From positions 86,554 through 150,553 of the forward strand of contig JBMOOF010000058.1 of assembly GCA_049323695.1 (NCBI GenBank): a stretch of 64,000 nt of DNA. The letters are read 5' to 3'. The stretch comes from Pseudomonadota bacterium. GTDB lineage: Bacteria > Pseudomonadota > Alphaproteobacteria > Caulobacterales > Caulobacteraceae. The translations under genes and the position numbers were made by a program. Below, in pieces: positions 28,592 through 37,138 of this stretch (the first letter of the stretch is position 1; the number at the start of each line of letters is the position of its first letter). A model generated the notes under the pieces. It saw only the letters and a program-made list of their open reading frames with translations, made no database searches and was not told the origin of the DNA.

Positions 28592-30022
28592 ATGACCGCT
28601 TCACCCTTCGCCCCCTCGCTGCTGGACGCCGCCGGCGTCGACCCCGAATCCGCCCGCCAGGTGCTGGGCGAGGCCCTCGCCGGCGCCGACGACGGCGAGC
28701 TGTTCCTCGAGCGCAGCGAAAGCGAGGCCTTCGTCTTCGACGACGGCCGGCTGAAATCCGCCGCCTACGACTCCGGCGAGGGCTTCGGCCTGCGGGTGGT
28801 GGCCGGCGAGACGGCCGGCTACGCCCACGCCAGCGAGATCAGCATGGCCGCCATCCGCCGGGCCGCCGACTCCGCCCGCCTGGCCCGGCGCGGCTACGCC
28901 GGCGTCGCCGCCGAGGCGCCCCGGCCGACCAACGAGAAGCTCTACGGCGAGGACGACCCCGTCGCCGCGCCCGGGTTCTCCGACAAGGTCGCCCTGCTGC
29001 AGGAGATCGACGCCTTCGCCCGCGCCCGCGACCCGCGAGTGGTGCAGGTGATGGCCTCGCTCGCCGGCGAGCGCCGGACGGTGGAGATCCTGCGGGCCGA
29101 CGGCCGGCTGATCCGCGATGTGCGCCCGCTGGTGCGCGTCAACGTCCAGGTCACGGTCGAGCGCGACGGCCGCCGCCAGACCGGGTCGTCGGGCGCCGGC
29201 GGCCGCGCCGGCTTCGAGGCCTGGATCACGCCCGACCGCTGGCGCGAGCAGGTGGACGAGGCCCTGCGCCAGGCGGTGACCAACCTCGACGCCGTCGACT
29301 GCCCGGCCGGCGAGATGGACGTCGTGCTCGGTCCGGGGTGGAACGGCGTGCTGCTGCACGAGGCCGTCGGCCACGGCCTGGAGGGCGACTTCAACCGCAA
29401 GGGCCTTTCCGCCTTCTCCGGCCGGCTCGGCGAGCGGGTGGCGGCGCCGGGGGTCACCGTCTTCGACGACGGGACCATCCCCGGCCGCCGCGGCTCGCTG
29501 ACCGTGGACGACGAGGGCACGCCCACCGAACGCACCATCCTGATCGAGGACGGCGTCCTGGTCGGCTACATGCACGACCGCATGAGCGCGCGGCTGATGG
29601 GGATGAGCCCGACCGGCAACGCCCGACGGGAGTCCTTCGCCCACATGCCCATGCCCCGCATGACCAACACCGGCATGCTCGGCGGCGCCCACACCCAGGC
29701 CGAGATGATCGCCTCGACGAAGCGCGGCCTGTTCTGCAGCCATCTGGGCGGCGGCCAGGTCGACATCACCAACGGCAAGTTCGTCTTCCAGTGCACCGAG
29801 GCCTGGCTGATCGAGGACGGCCGGCTGACCGCGCCGGTCAAGGACGCCAGCCTGATCGGCGACGGGCCCAGTGCGCTGACCCGGGTGACCATGATCGGCG
29901 ACGACTTCGCCCTCGACCCCGGCGTCGGCGTTTGCGGCAAGTCCGGCCAGGGCGTGCCGGTCGGCGTCGCCCAGCCGTCGCTGAAGATCGCCGGCCTGAC
30001 GGTGGGCGGGACGGCGGTCTAG
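28592..30022 (+). CDS. tldD: metalloprotease TldD
   Basis: Track ORF, 476 aa. GELFLERSESE, GFGLRVV, LLHEAVGHGLEGDFN (HExxxH-type site), GMSPTGNARRES. Confidence 0.92.
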   Translation: MTASPFAPSLLDAAGVDPESARQVLGEALAGADDGELFLERSESEAFVFDDGRLKSAAYDSGEGFGLRVVAGETAGYAHASEISMAAIRRAADSARLARRGYAGVAAEAPRPTNEKLYGEDDPVAAPGFSDKVALLQEIDAFARARDPRVVQVMASLAGERRTVEILRADGRLIRDVRPLVRVNVQVTVERDGRRQTGSSGAGGRAGFEAWITPDRWREQVDEALRQAVTNLDAVDCPAGEMDVVLGPGWNGVLLHEAVGHGLEGDFNRKGLSAFSGRLGERVAAPGVTVFDDGTIPGRRGSLTVDDEGTPTERTILIEDGVLVGYMHDRMSARLMGMSPTGNARRESFAHMPMPRMTNTGMLGGAHTQAEMIASTKRGLFCSHLGGGQVDITNGKFVFQCTEAWLIEDGRLTAPVKDASLIGDGPSALTRVTMIGDDFALDPGVGVCGKSGQGVPVGVAQPSLKIAGLTVGGTAV

Positions 30023-30084
30023 ATTCACCGCGCCCGACGCGCCGTGCGCGAAGCCGACCGAAGGGGCGATCCGGCGCATGTCAC

Positions 30085-30117
30085 CGAATTAATCCACATT
30101 TCGGGCTTGTAACGTGC
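30085..30117 (+). promoter_or_regulatory. conserved AT-rich 33-nt motif, copy 1 (63 nt upstream of receptor paralog 1)
   Basis: CGAATTAATCcACATTTCgGgCTTGTAACGTGC is 30/33 identical to 32371-32403, at the same distance from the paralogous start codon. Confidence 0.6.
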
Positions 30118-30180
30118 GGCGGCGACGTCGCGCGGTCAGGTTCGCGTCCGTCGGGGCCGGAGGTCCTGGGGGATTGAAAC

Positions 30181-32256
30181 ATGAGTCAGTTGCTTCTCGT
30201 CGCCTTGCTCGCCGCCGCGCCGGATCCGGCGATTCAGCCGGCGGCCCCGGCCGCCGTCCAGGAACAGAGCGTCCAGTCCTTCGCGCCGGCCTTCTTCGCC
30301 GAGGCGCAGCCGACGACGGCCTTCGACATGGTGGTGCGCCTTCCCGGCTTCGTCTTCGACGGCGGCGACGGGGTGCGCGGTTTCGCCGGCGCGGCGGGCA
30401 ATGTGCTGATCGACGGCCAGCGGCCGACCACCAAGAGCGACGACCTGCAGAGCATCCTGCGCCGCATTCCCGCCAGCCAGGTCGAGCGCGTCGACCTGAT
30501 CCGGGGCGGGGCGCCGGGCGTCGACATGCAGGGCAAGACCATCCTGGCCAACGTCGTCCGCCGGCAGGGCGACGCCGTCACCGGCCTGGTCGGCGTGGCC
30601 AACACCTTCGTCTGGGACGGCCGCCAGGCCCCGGCGCTGCGCGTCGAAGGCGTGCGCCGGGGCCGGGGCCGGACGCTGGAGGGCTCGTTCGTCATCGCCG
30701 GCTTCACCGACGACGGATCCGGCGACGGACCGTTCGTCGAGACCGATCCCGCCGGAACGGTCACGGCCCGGGCCGCCCAGTCCACCGAGGGCGACGGCCA
30801 GCAGGCGGTCGGCACCGCGGCCTGGGAATCGCCGGCCTTCGGCGGAACCTTCCGGGTCAACGGCCGGCTGTTCCACCAGCGCTTCTACTTTGGCGAACGG
30901 GACGCCTTCGCGAGCGGCGCGATCGCCACCGACCGCGAGCTGGAGGAGCGCATCGAGGGCGAGATCGGCCTGCGCTACGGCCGTGAACTGGGGCCGCGCA
31001 CCAGGCTGGAGGCCCTGTTCATCCAGCAACTGAAGAGCAGCGACTTCGACCTGGCCTTCCGCATGGCGCCGGACGAGGCCCGGTTCGCCAACGCCCGCAC
31101 CCTCGGCGAGACCATCGGCCGGGCGAGCGTCAGCTTCACCCGCTCGCCGGACCTGTCCTTCGAGACCGGCGGCGAGGTCGCCTACAACTGGCTCGACAGC
31201 GACACCGCCTACAGCGTCAACGGCGCCCCGGTCGCCCTGCCGGCCGCCAGCGTGCTGGTCGAGGAGCGCCGCGCCGAGGTCTTCGCCCAGGGCACCTGGA
31301 AGCCCTCGGCCGTCCTGACCATCGAGGGCGGCCTGCGGATCGAGGGCTCGCGCATCTCGTCCGAAAAGGACGTGGTGCTCGAGAAGTCCCTTGTCTTCGC
31401 CAAGCCGCGGCTGGTGGCGACCTGGTCGCCGGACGCCGCCGACCAGGTCCGCGTCCGCCTCGAGAAGGAGGTCGGCCAGCTTAACTTCGGCGATTTCGTC
31501 GCCAGCTCGCAGATCAACACCGGCGGCGGCGTCGCGGCCGGCAACCCGGACCTGAACCCGCAGCAGTCGCTGGTCGCCGAGATCGCCTACGAACGCCGCT
31601 TCTGGGGGCGGGGGTCGGTGACCCTCACCCTGCGCCACTTCGAGTTCACCGACGTCATCGACCGCACGCCCGAGGTGGTGGCCTCGACCTGCCCGCTGCT
31701 GCCGGGCGGCGAGCCGGACCTGGGTTCGCCGGCCTGCACCCGGTTCGACCGCCCCGGCAACATCGGCGAGGGCGAGCGCGACGCGGCCCTGGTCTCCTTC
31801 GCCCTGCCGCTGGACCGGCTGGGCGTTCCCGGCGGCCTCCTGCGCGGCAGCGGCGCCATCCGGAAGTCGCAGGTCGTCGATCCGACCGCCTTCGACACCC
31901 GCCGCATCTCCGGCGAGCGTCCCCAGACCTGGGACCTGGTGTTCACCCAGGACCTGCCGGCCTGGAAGATCAACTGGGGCGTCGAGGCCTACGGCGGCTG
32001 GCGGGAGACCTACTATCGCTACAACCGCGTCGAGACGGTGAAGCTGCGCACCTTCGTCGCGCCCTATGTCGAGTGGAAGCCGGTCGCCGGGACCAGCCTG
32101 CTGCTGCAGGTCCAGAACGCCACGTCGCGCGATCTCGTGCGCCAGCAGGACTTCTACGCCGGGCCGCGGGACGTCTTCCCGCTCGCGGGCCGCCAGTGGC
32201 GCCAGTACGACAACCAGCCGCTCGTCTATCTGCGCTGGCGCCGGCAGTTCGGCTGA
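30181..32256 (+). CDS. TonB-dependent-receptor-like outer-membrane protein (plug + beta-barrel), paralog 1
   Basis: Track ORF, 691 aa. Signal peptide. Plug-domain blocks: AFDMVVRLPGFVFD, AAGNVLIDGQRPTTKSD, IPASQVERVDLIRGGAPGVDMQG. Alternating beta-strand pattern to the C-terminus. Confidence 0.8.
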   Translation: MSQLLLVALLAAAPDPAIQPAAPAAVQEQSVQSFAPAFFAEAQPTTAFDMVVRLPGFVFDGGDGVRGFAGAAGNVLIDGQRPTTKSDDLQSILRRIPASQVERVDLIRGGAPGVDMQGKTILANVVRRQGDAVTGLVGVANTFVWDGRQAPALRVEGVRRGRGRTLEGSFVIAGFTDDGSGDGPFVETDPAGTVTARAAQSTEGDGQQAVGTAAWESPAFGGTFRVNGRLFHQRFYFGERDAFASGAIATDRELEERIEGEIGLRYGRELGPRTRLEALFIQQLKSSDFDLAFRMAPDEARFANARTLGETIGRASVSFTRSPDLSFETGGEVAYNWLDSDTAYSVNGAPVALPAASVLVEERRAEVFAQGTWKPSAVLTIEGGLRIEGSRISSEKDVVLEKSLVFAKPRLVATWSPDAADQVRVRLEKEVGQLNFGDFVASSQINTGGGVAAGNPDLNPQQSLVAEIAYERRFWGRGSVTLTLRHFEFTDVIDRTPEVVASTCPLLPGGEPDLGSPACTRFDRPGNIGEGERDAALVSFALPLDRLGVPGGLLRGSGAIRKSQVVDPTAFDTRRISGERPQTWDLVFTQDLPAWKINWGVEAYGGWRETYYRYNRVETVKLRTFVAPYVEWKPVAGTSLLLQVQNATSRDLVRQQDFYAGPRDVFPLAGRQWRQYDNQPLVYLRWRRQFG

Positions 32257-32315
32257 CGAGGTCCGGTCGCGCCCCTCGGCCCGCCACCCACGGGCTTCAC
32301 CCCGCGACCGACAGG

Positions 32316-32345
32316 AAGGGCCCCGGATCACCCCCCGGGGCCCTT
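32316..32345 (+). terminator. GC hairpin terminator after receptor paralog 1
   Basis: AAGGGCCCCGG-atcacccc-CCGGGGCCCTT, 60 nt after the stop. Confidence 0.6.
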
Positions 32346-32370
32346 CGCTCGAGGCGAGCGGACATTTCCG

Positions 32371-32403
32371 CGAATTAATCTACATTTCCGTCTTGTAACG
32401 TGC
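32371..32403 (+). promoter_or_regulatory. conserved AT-rich 33-nt motif, copy 2 (66 nt upstream of receptor paralog 2)
   Basis: CGAATTAATCtACATTTCcGtCTTGTAACGTGC. An extra upstream ACATTTCCG word at 32362-32370 repeats 32382-32390. Confidence 0.6.
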
Positions 32404-32469
32404 CGTAACGCCGTTCCGCCGCCACTCTGCGGCCGGCCGGGCCGGGGGGCTCTGGGGGACGAAAATTCC

Positions 32470-34488
32470 ATGAGCCATGCGCTGCTTCTCGCCGCGGTCG
32501 CCGCGGTCGCGCAGACGTCCGCCGACGCGCAGCCGGCCGGCACGGCGGGCGTCACGCCCTATCCGGCCGCCTTCTTCGCCCAGGCCCAGCCCAACTCGGC
32601 GATGGACATGATCGCCCGCATCCCGGGTTTCGCCTTCGACGGCGGCGATTCCGTGCGCGGCTACGGCGGCGCGGCGGGGAACGTGCTGATCGACGGCCAG
32701 CGGCCGGCGACCAAGAGCGAGTCGCTCGAGGACGCCCTGCGCCGCATCCAGGCCAGCCAGGTTGAGCGGATCGACATCATCCAGGGCGGCGCGCCCGGCA
32801 TCGACATGCAGGGCAAGACGGTCATCGCCAACGTCATCCTGCGCAAGGACAGCAAGGGCCAGTGGCTGCTGGCGGCGGCCAGCGCCTTCCACGAGGACGG
32901 CCGCACGACCCCGACGGTCCGCTTCGAGGGCTCGCGCAAGTTCGGCGAGCGCACCTTCGAGTGGTCGGTGCTGCCCTTCACCTTCATCGATGACGGCGCC
33001 GGCGAGGGTCCGCGCCGCGTCGTGGACGGCGGCGGCCCGCTGGTCCGCGAGAGCTTCTCGGACGAGACCGGCGGCGGCGACGGCGTCAGCCTCAAGGCCG
33101 GCCTCAAGTCGCCGCTCGCCGGCGGGCGCTTCTCGCTCAACGGCAAGTTCGACCGCGAGCACTACGAGTGGTCGCTGAACGACTTCGTCACCTTCCCGGC
33201 CACGGGGCGGCTGGCGGTCAACGACGACTTCGTCCGCCGCGAGGGCGAGATCGGATCGGCCTGGGAACGGTCTTTCGGCGAGGGGATCAAGCTCGAGCTC
33301 ACCGGCCTGGTCCAGCGACGCTACACCGAGTTCGAATCGACCTTCGACGACGGGACCGACAGCGGGGTCTTCAGCCAGCAGAACAGGTCCGGCGAGTCCA
33401 TCGCCCGCGGCGTGCTGCGCTACACGATCGGCCCGACCTGGTCGGTCGAGGGCGGCGGCGAGGTGGCCTACAACTTCCTCGACAGCGCGCTGGACTACGT
33501 CGAAAACGGCGCGCCGGTCGTGTTGCCGGCCTCGGACGTGCTGGTCGAGGAAACCCGCGGCGAGCTGTTCGGCGCCACGACCTGGCGGCCGAACCCGCGC
33601 TGGTCGCTCGAGGCCGGCCTGCGGGTCGAGGTCTCGACCATCGCCCAGAGCGGCGACACCACGCTGGAGAAGTCGTTCACCTATCCCAAGCCGCGCCTGG
33701 CGGCGACCTGGTCGCCGACGCCGGTCGACCAGCTGCGCCTGCGCCTCGAGCGCGAGGTCGGCCAGCTCGACTTCGGCGACTTCGTCTCCTCGGTGGCCTT
33801 CTCGACGGGGACCGGCACGGCCGGCAACGCCGACCTGGAGCCGCACAAGACCTGGGCTCTCGAGGCGGCGTGGGAGCGCAGGTTCTGGAAGGACGGCGCG
33901 CTGGTCGTCACCCTGCTGCACAACGAGATCACCGACGCCGCCGACCGGGTGCCCATCATCGGCCCCGGCTACGCCTTCGACGCTCCCGGCAACATCGGCG
34001 AGGGGGTCAGCGACAGCGTCTCGGTCTCGCTCAACCTGCCGCTCGGCCGGCTGGGGGCGCCCGGCGGCCTGCTGCGCGCCAAGACCACCTGGCGGGAGTC
34101 CGAGGTCGTCGACCCGGTGACCGGCGAGAGCCGCCGGATCAGCGGCCAGCATCCCTTCGACGGCGAGCTGCGCTTCTCGCAGGACCTGACCCGCTACCGC
34201 CTGCAGTGGGGCGTCGACGTGTTCACCGGCTTCGAGGAGGTCTACTACCGTTTCGACCAGATCGAGACGGTCGAGCTGGAGACCTGGGTGACCGCCTATG
34301 GCGAGTACAAGCCCAGGCCCGACCTCAGCTTCCGGGTCGAGCTGCACAATCTCCTGGGGCGCGACTTCATCCGCGAGCGGGTAGTCTACGCCGGCCCGCG
34401 CGACACGTCCGGCGTGGACTACATCGACACCCGGCCGCTGGACTTCCCGGCCTTCTTCTACCTCCGCGTCCGCAAGACGTTCGGCTGA
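32470..34488 (+). CDS. TonB-dependent-receptor-like outer-membrane protein (plug + beta-barrel), paralog 2
   Basis: Track ORF, 672 aa. It shares the blocks of paralog 1: AMDMIARIPGFAFD, AAGNVLIDGQRPATKSE, IQASQVERIDIIQGGAPGIDMQG, GGGEVAYNFLDS, KPRLAATWSP, APGNIGEG. Confidence 0.8.
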   Translation: MSHALLLAAVAAVAQTSADAQPAGTAGVTPYPAAFFAQAQPNSAMDMIARIPGFAFDGGDSVRGYGGAAGNVLIDGQRPATKSESLEDALRRIQASQVERIDIIQGGAPGIDMQGKTVIANVILRKDSKGQWLLAAASAFHEDGRTTPTVRFEGSRKFGERTFEWSVLPFTFIDDGAGEGPRRVVDGGGPLVRESFSDETGGGDGVSLKAGLKSPLAGGRFSLNGKFDREHYEWSLNDFVTFPATGRLAVNDDFVRREGEIGSAWERSFGEGIKLELTGLVQRRYTEFESTFDDGTDSGVFSQQNRSGESIARGVLRYTIGPTWSVEGGGEVAYNFLDSALDYVENGAPVVLPASDVLVEETRGELFGATTWRPNPRWSLEAGLRVEVSTIAQSGDTTLEKSFTYPKPRLAATWSPTPVDQLRLRLEREVGQLDFGDFVSSVAFSTGTGTAGNADLEPHKTWALEAAWERRFWKDGALVVTLLHNEITDAADRVPIIGPGYAFDAPGNIGEGVSDSVSVSLNLPLGRLGAPGGLLRAKTTWRESEVVDPVTGESRRISGQHPFDGELRFSQDLTRYRLQWGVDVFTGFEEVYYRFDQIETVELETWVTAYGEYKPRPDLSFRVELHNLLGRDFIRERVVYAGPRDTSGVDYIDTRPLDFPAFFYLRVRKTFG

Positions 34489-34525
34489 CGGCGGCCCGGC
34501 CGCCGCGCCCCGACCGCTCAAGCAG

Positions 34526-34555
34526 AAGGGCCCCGGGATCGCTCCCGGGGCCCTT
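34526..34555. terminator. GC hairpin between convergent receptor paralog 2 and POT transporter genes
   Basis: AAGGGCCCCGGGA-tcgc-TCCCGGGGCCCTT followed by T. The stem sequence matches the hairpin at 32316-32345. Confidence 0.6.
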
Positions 34556-34577
34556 TGGCTTTCAGCGGCGGCCGCGG

Positions 34578-36488
34578 TCAGTGCGGCATGGCCTGACGCT
34601 CTCCGTCCACTTCGGTGGAGGGGTGATTGGCCGCGTCGTTCACGCCGTGCGCCCAGTGCTTGATCGCGAAGCTGATCAGCACGAACACGATCCCGACGCC
34701 GATGCCGGCCCAGCCAAGCTTCTCGAACACGCCCAGCGAGGTCTCCAGCGCGCCCTTCGGATCCAGCACCTGGCCGCCGACGGTCTCGGTGCCGGCCAGC
34801 CCGGCGATCCAGCCGCCCACATACTGGGCGATCGAGCTCGACAGGAACCAGACCGCCATCATGAAGGAGACGATCGAGGCCACCGACAGCTTGGTGATCT
34901 CCGACAGGCCCACGGGCGAGAGGAACAGCTCGCCGGTGGTGTGCAGCAGGTAGAGCAGGCCCAGCATCATCAGCGGCAGGCGGAAGGCCGAGTCGGCGAG
35001 GCTCGCGCCCCAGACCACGACCATGAAGCCCAAGCCCACCTGCAGCAGCCCGAGGCCGAACTTCATCACCGGGTTCGGATCGCGGTTGTGGCGTCCGAGC
35101 CAGAGCCACATCGCGGCGAACAGGGGCGCGAAGATTAGGATGAAGCCGGCGTTGAACGACTGGGTCTGGGCGGCGGTGATGCCCGTCTCGATCCACAAGA
35201 TGTCGTCGGGAACGCCCGGCGCCATGACCATCTCCCGGGTGCCCAGGAAGATCGTGCGGCCAGCGAACTCAAGGGTGATCGGGTTGCTGAACAGCGTCAG
35301 GTCGACGTTGCGGTCGGCGAACAGGTTGAGCGAGGTGCCGGCCTGTTCGAACAGGGTGAAGAAGACCACCGCCCCGAAGATCAGGACCAGCGCCAGCATC
35401 ATCCGCTCGCGCTGGATGCGGTCGCACTTGAAGATCAGGAACCAGCCGATGAACCCCAGCGACAGCACGGTGCTGACCATGAGCACCGTCCCGACCAGGG
35501 CGTTGCGCTGGACCAGGAACCAGACCGCGCCGACGCCGAGCAGACCCAGGATGTAGATCAGCCCCTCGCGATTGATGGGGCCGGCGACGGGCTGGGCCAG
35601 GACTGCGGGATTGGGCGGCTCGCCCTTGCCCTGCAGCAGCGGCTTGCCGAGCACGAAGACGATGAAGCCCGCCAGCATGCCCACGCCGGCGAGGCCGAAG
35701 CCCGCCCACCAGCCGACCGTCTGGCCGAGGTAGCCGCACAGCACCGAGGCCCAGAAGGCCCCGAGATTGATGCCGTAGTAGTAGAGGGTGAAGCCGGGAT
35801 CCCGCCGCGGGTCGCCCTGCGGATACAGCTGGCCGACGATGGTCGAGATGTTCGGCTTCAGGAAGCCGACGCCCATGATGATCAGCGACACCGCCAGGAA
35901 GAAGATCGAGACGTAGGTCGGGTCGCGGGTTTCCTTCAGTTCGTAGGAACCCTTGGCCAGGGTCGCGGGCAGCGGCGAATCGGCCGGCAGGTCCATGACC
36001 GCCAGGCCGCCGCCCTCGGCCGGGCCGAAAGCGTGACAGCTCTCGCCGACCTTGATGCAGACGGTCCGGGCGGCGGCCCGGCCCTCGACCTGCATCTCAT
36101 AGGCCGTTCCCTGGTACGTAAGGGTTTGCGTGGCGGGCCGGCCCTCCACGGCCATCAGCCCGTGCCCGGCGACCAGCAGCAGGGCGCCGAACGCGATGGC
36201 CTTGCGGGTGCCGAGATACCGGTCGGCGAGGATGCCGCCGATGAGCGGCAGCAAGTAGACCAGCGAGGTGTACGACCCGTAGATCCCCCCGGAGTACTGG
36301 TCGCTGAACAGGAAGTGTTGCGTGAGGTAGAAGATCAGGATGCCGCGCATCCCGTAGTAGGAAAATCTTTCCCACATTTCCGCAAAAAAGAGGATGAAGA
36401 GCCCCTTGGGGTGTTTCCGCATCTGCAGAAGCACCGGAATCCCCGTGGCCAGGGTCACGAGGATCCCCAGCGCGATGACGATATTCAT
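34578..36488 (-). CDS. proton-dependent oligopeptide transporter (POT/PTR2 family, MFS)
   Basis: Track ORF, 636 aa. EMWERFSYYGMRGIL (ExxERFxYY), GGILADRYLG, many TM segments. Confidence 0.9.
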   Translation of the reverse strand: MNIVIALGILVTLATGIPVLLQMRKHPKGLFILFFAEMWERFSYYGMRGILIFYLTQHFLFSDQYSGGIYGSYTSLVYLLPLIGGILADRYLGTRKAIAFGALLLVAGHGLMAVEGRPATQTLTYQGTAYEMQVEGRAAARTVCIKVGESCHAFGPAEGGGLAVMDLPADSPLPATLAKGSYELKETRDPTYVSIFFLAVSLIIMGVGFLKPNISTIVGQLYPQGDPRRDPGFTLYYYGINLGAFWASVLCGYLGQTVGWWAGFGLAGVGMLAGFIVFVLGKPLLQGKGEPPNPAVLAQPVAGPINREGLIYILGLLGVGAVWFLVQRNALVGTVLMVSTVLSLGFIGWFLIFKCDRIQRERMMLALVLIFGAVVFFTLFEQAGTSLNLFADRNVDLTLFSNPITLEFAGRTIFLGTREMVMAPGVPDDILWIETGITAAQTQSFNAGFILIFAPLFAAMWLWLGRHNRDPNPVMKFGLGLLQVGLGFMVVVWGASLADSAFRLPLMMLGLLYLLHTTGELFLSPVGLSEITKLSVASIVSFMMAVWFLSSSIAQYVGGWIAGLAGTETVGGQVLDPKGALETSLGVFEKLGWAGIGVGIVFVLISFAIKHWAHGVNDAANHPSTEVDGERQAMPH

Positions 36489-36673
36489 ACTGCCAACCCT
36501 GTGACTCTTGGCTTTCGCGCCGACGGGACGGCAAAAATCCCCTCGGGCGCCCCCGAACTGCGCGCGAGAAAATCACGCGCGCGACGGTTTCACAAGCAAC
36601 GGCTTGCCACAGGCGACCAGAATTGGGAGCCGCCCGGCCCCCTGACGCGTTTATTTGCGAGGAGGTCGTGACC

Positions 36674-37078
36674 ATGCCACAGGCCGATCCGGGTTCGCGT
36701 TGCGCCGTCTCCGCCGCCGGCGGCCGCGTGCGGGCGCTGTTCGAGGGGCACGAGGTGGCCGACAGCGACCGGGCCCTGGCCTGTGTCGAGCCCGGCGAGA
36801 CGGCGCGCTTCTACTTCCCTCGCGACGACGTGCAGATGTCGGTCCTGCGCCGCAACGACCACGTCACCGCCTCGCCCTGGCTGGGCCCGGCGCACTGGTT
36901 CACCATCATGCGCGACGCCAAGATCGTCGAGGACGTGGCCTGGTCCTACGAGACGCCGTTCGACGACGCCGCGGCCATCGCCGGCTACATCAGCTTCGAC
37001 CCCGAGCACGTCGAGATCGAGGCCGAGGGCGCGGCGCCGGTCCGGCGCGTGCCGCCCATGGACCCGCCCTATGCCTGA
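36674..37078 (+). CDS. DUF427 domain protein
   Basis: Track ORF 36623-37078 trimmed to ATG 36674 (GAGGAGG 8 nt upstream). FYFPRDDV..AHWFTI..VAWSYETP..IAGYISF. Confidence 0.75.
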   Translation: MPQADPGSRCAVSAAGGRVRALFEGHEVADSDRALACVEPGETARFYFPRDDVQMSVLRRNDHVTASPWLGPAHWFTIMRDAKIVEDVAWSYETPFDDAAAIAGYISFDPEHVEIEAEGAAPVRRVPPMDPPYA

Positions 37079-37138
37079 GCGCGGGTCGCACGCCGCGGCC
37101 CCGGAGTCCGCCCCCGGGACCGGCCGACGGCGGCCCGC

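Noticed and set aside
32316-34555. Reading the identical terminator stems after both receptor genes as proof that the whole cassette, including flanks, was duplicated.
   Set aside because: AAGGGCCCCGG/CCGGGGCCCTT-type stems are generic GC terminators in such genomes and could be convergent. I keep only the 33-nt upstream motif as the strong non-coding conservation signal.
30136-35196. 731-aa (30136-32331) and 938-aa (32380-35196) minus-strand ORFs.
   Set aside because: They are shadow frames antisense to the two receptor paralogs and the POT transporter. The composition is Arg/Gly/Ala/Asp-rich and repetitive with no motifs.
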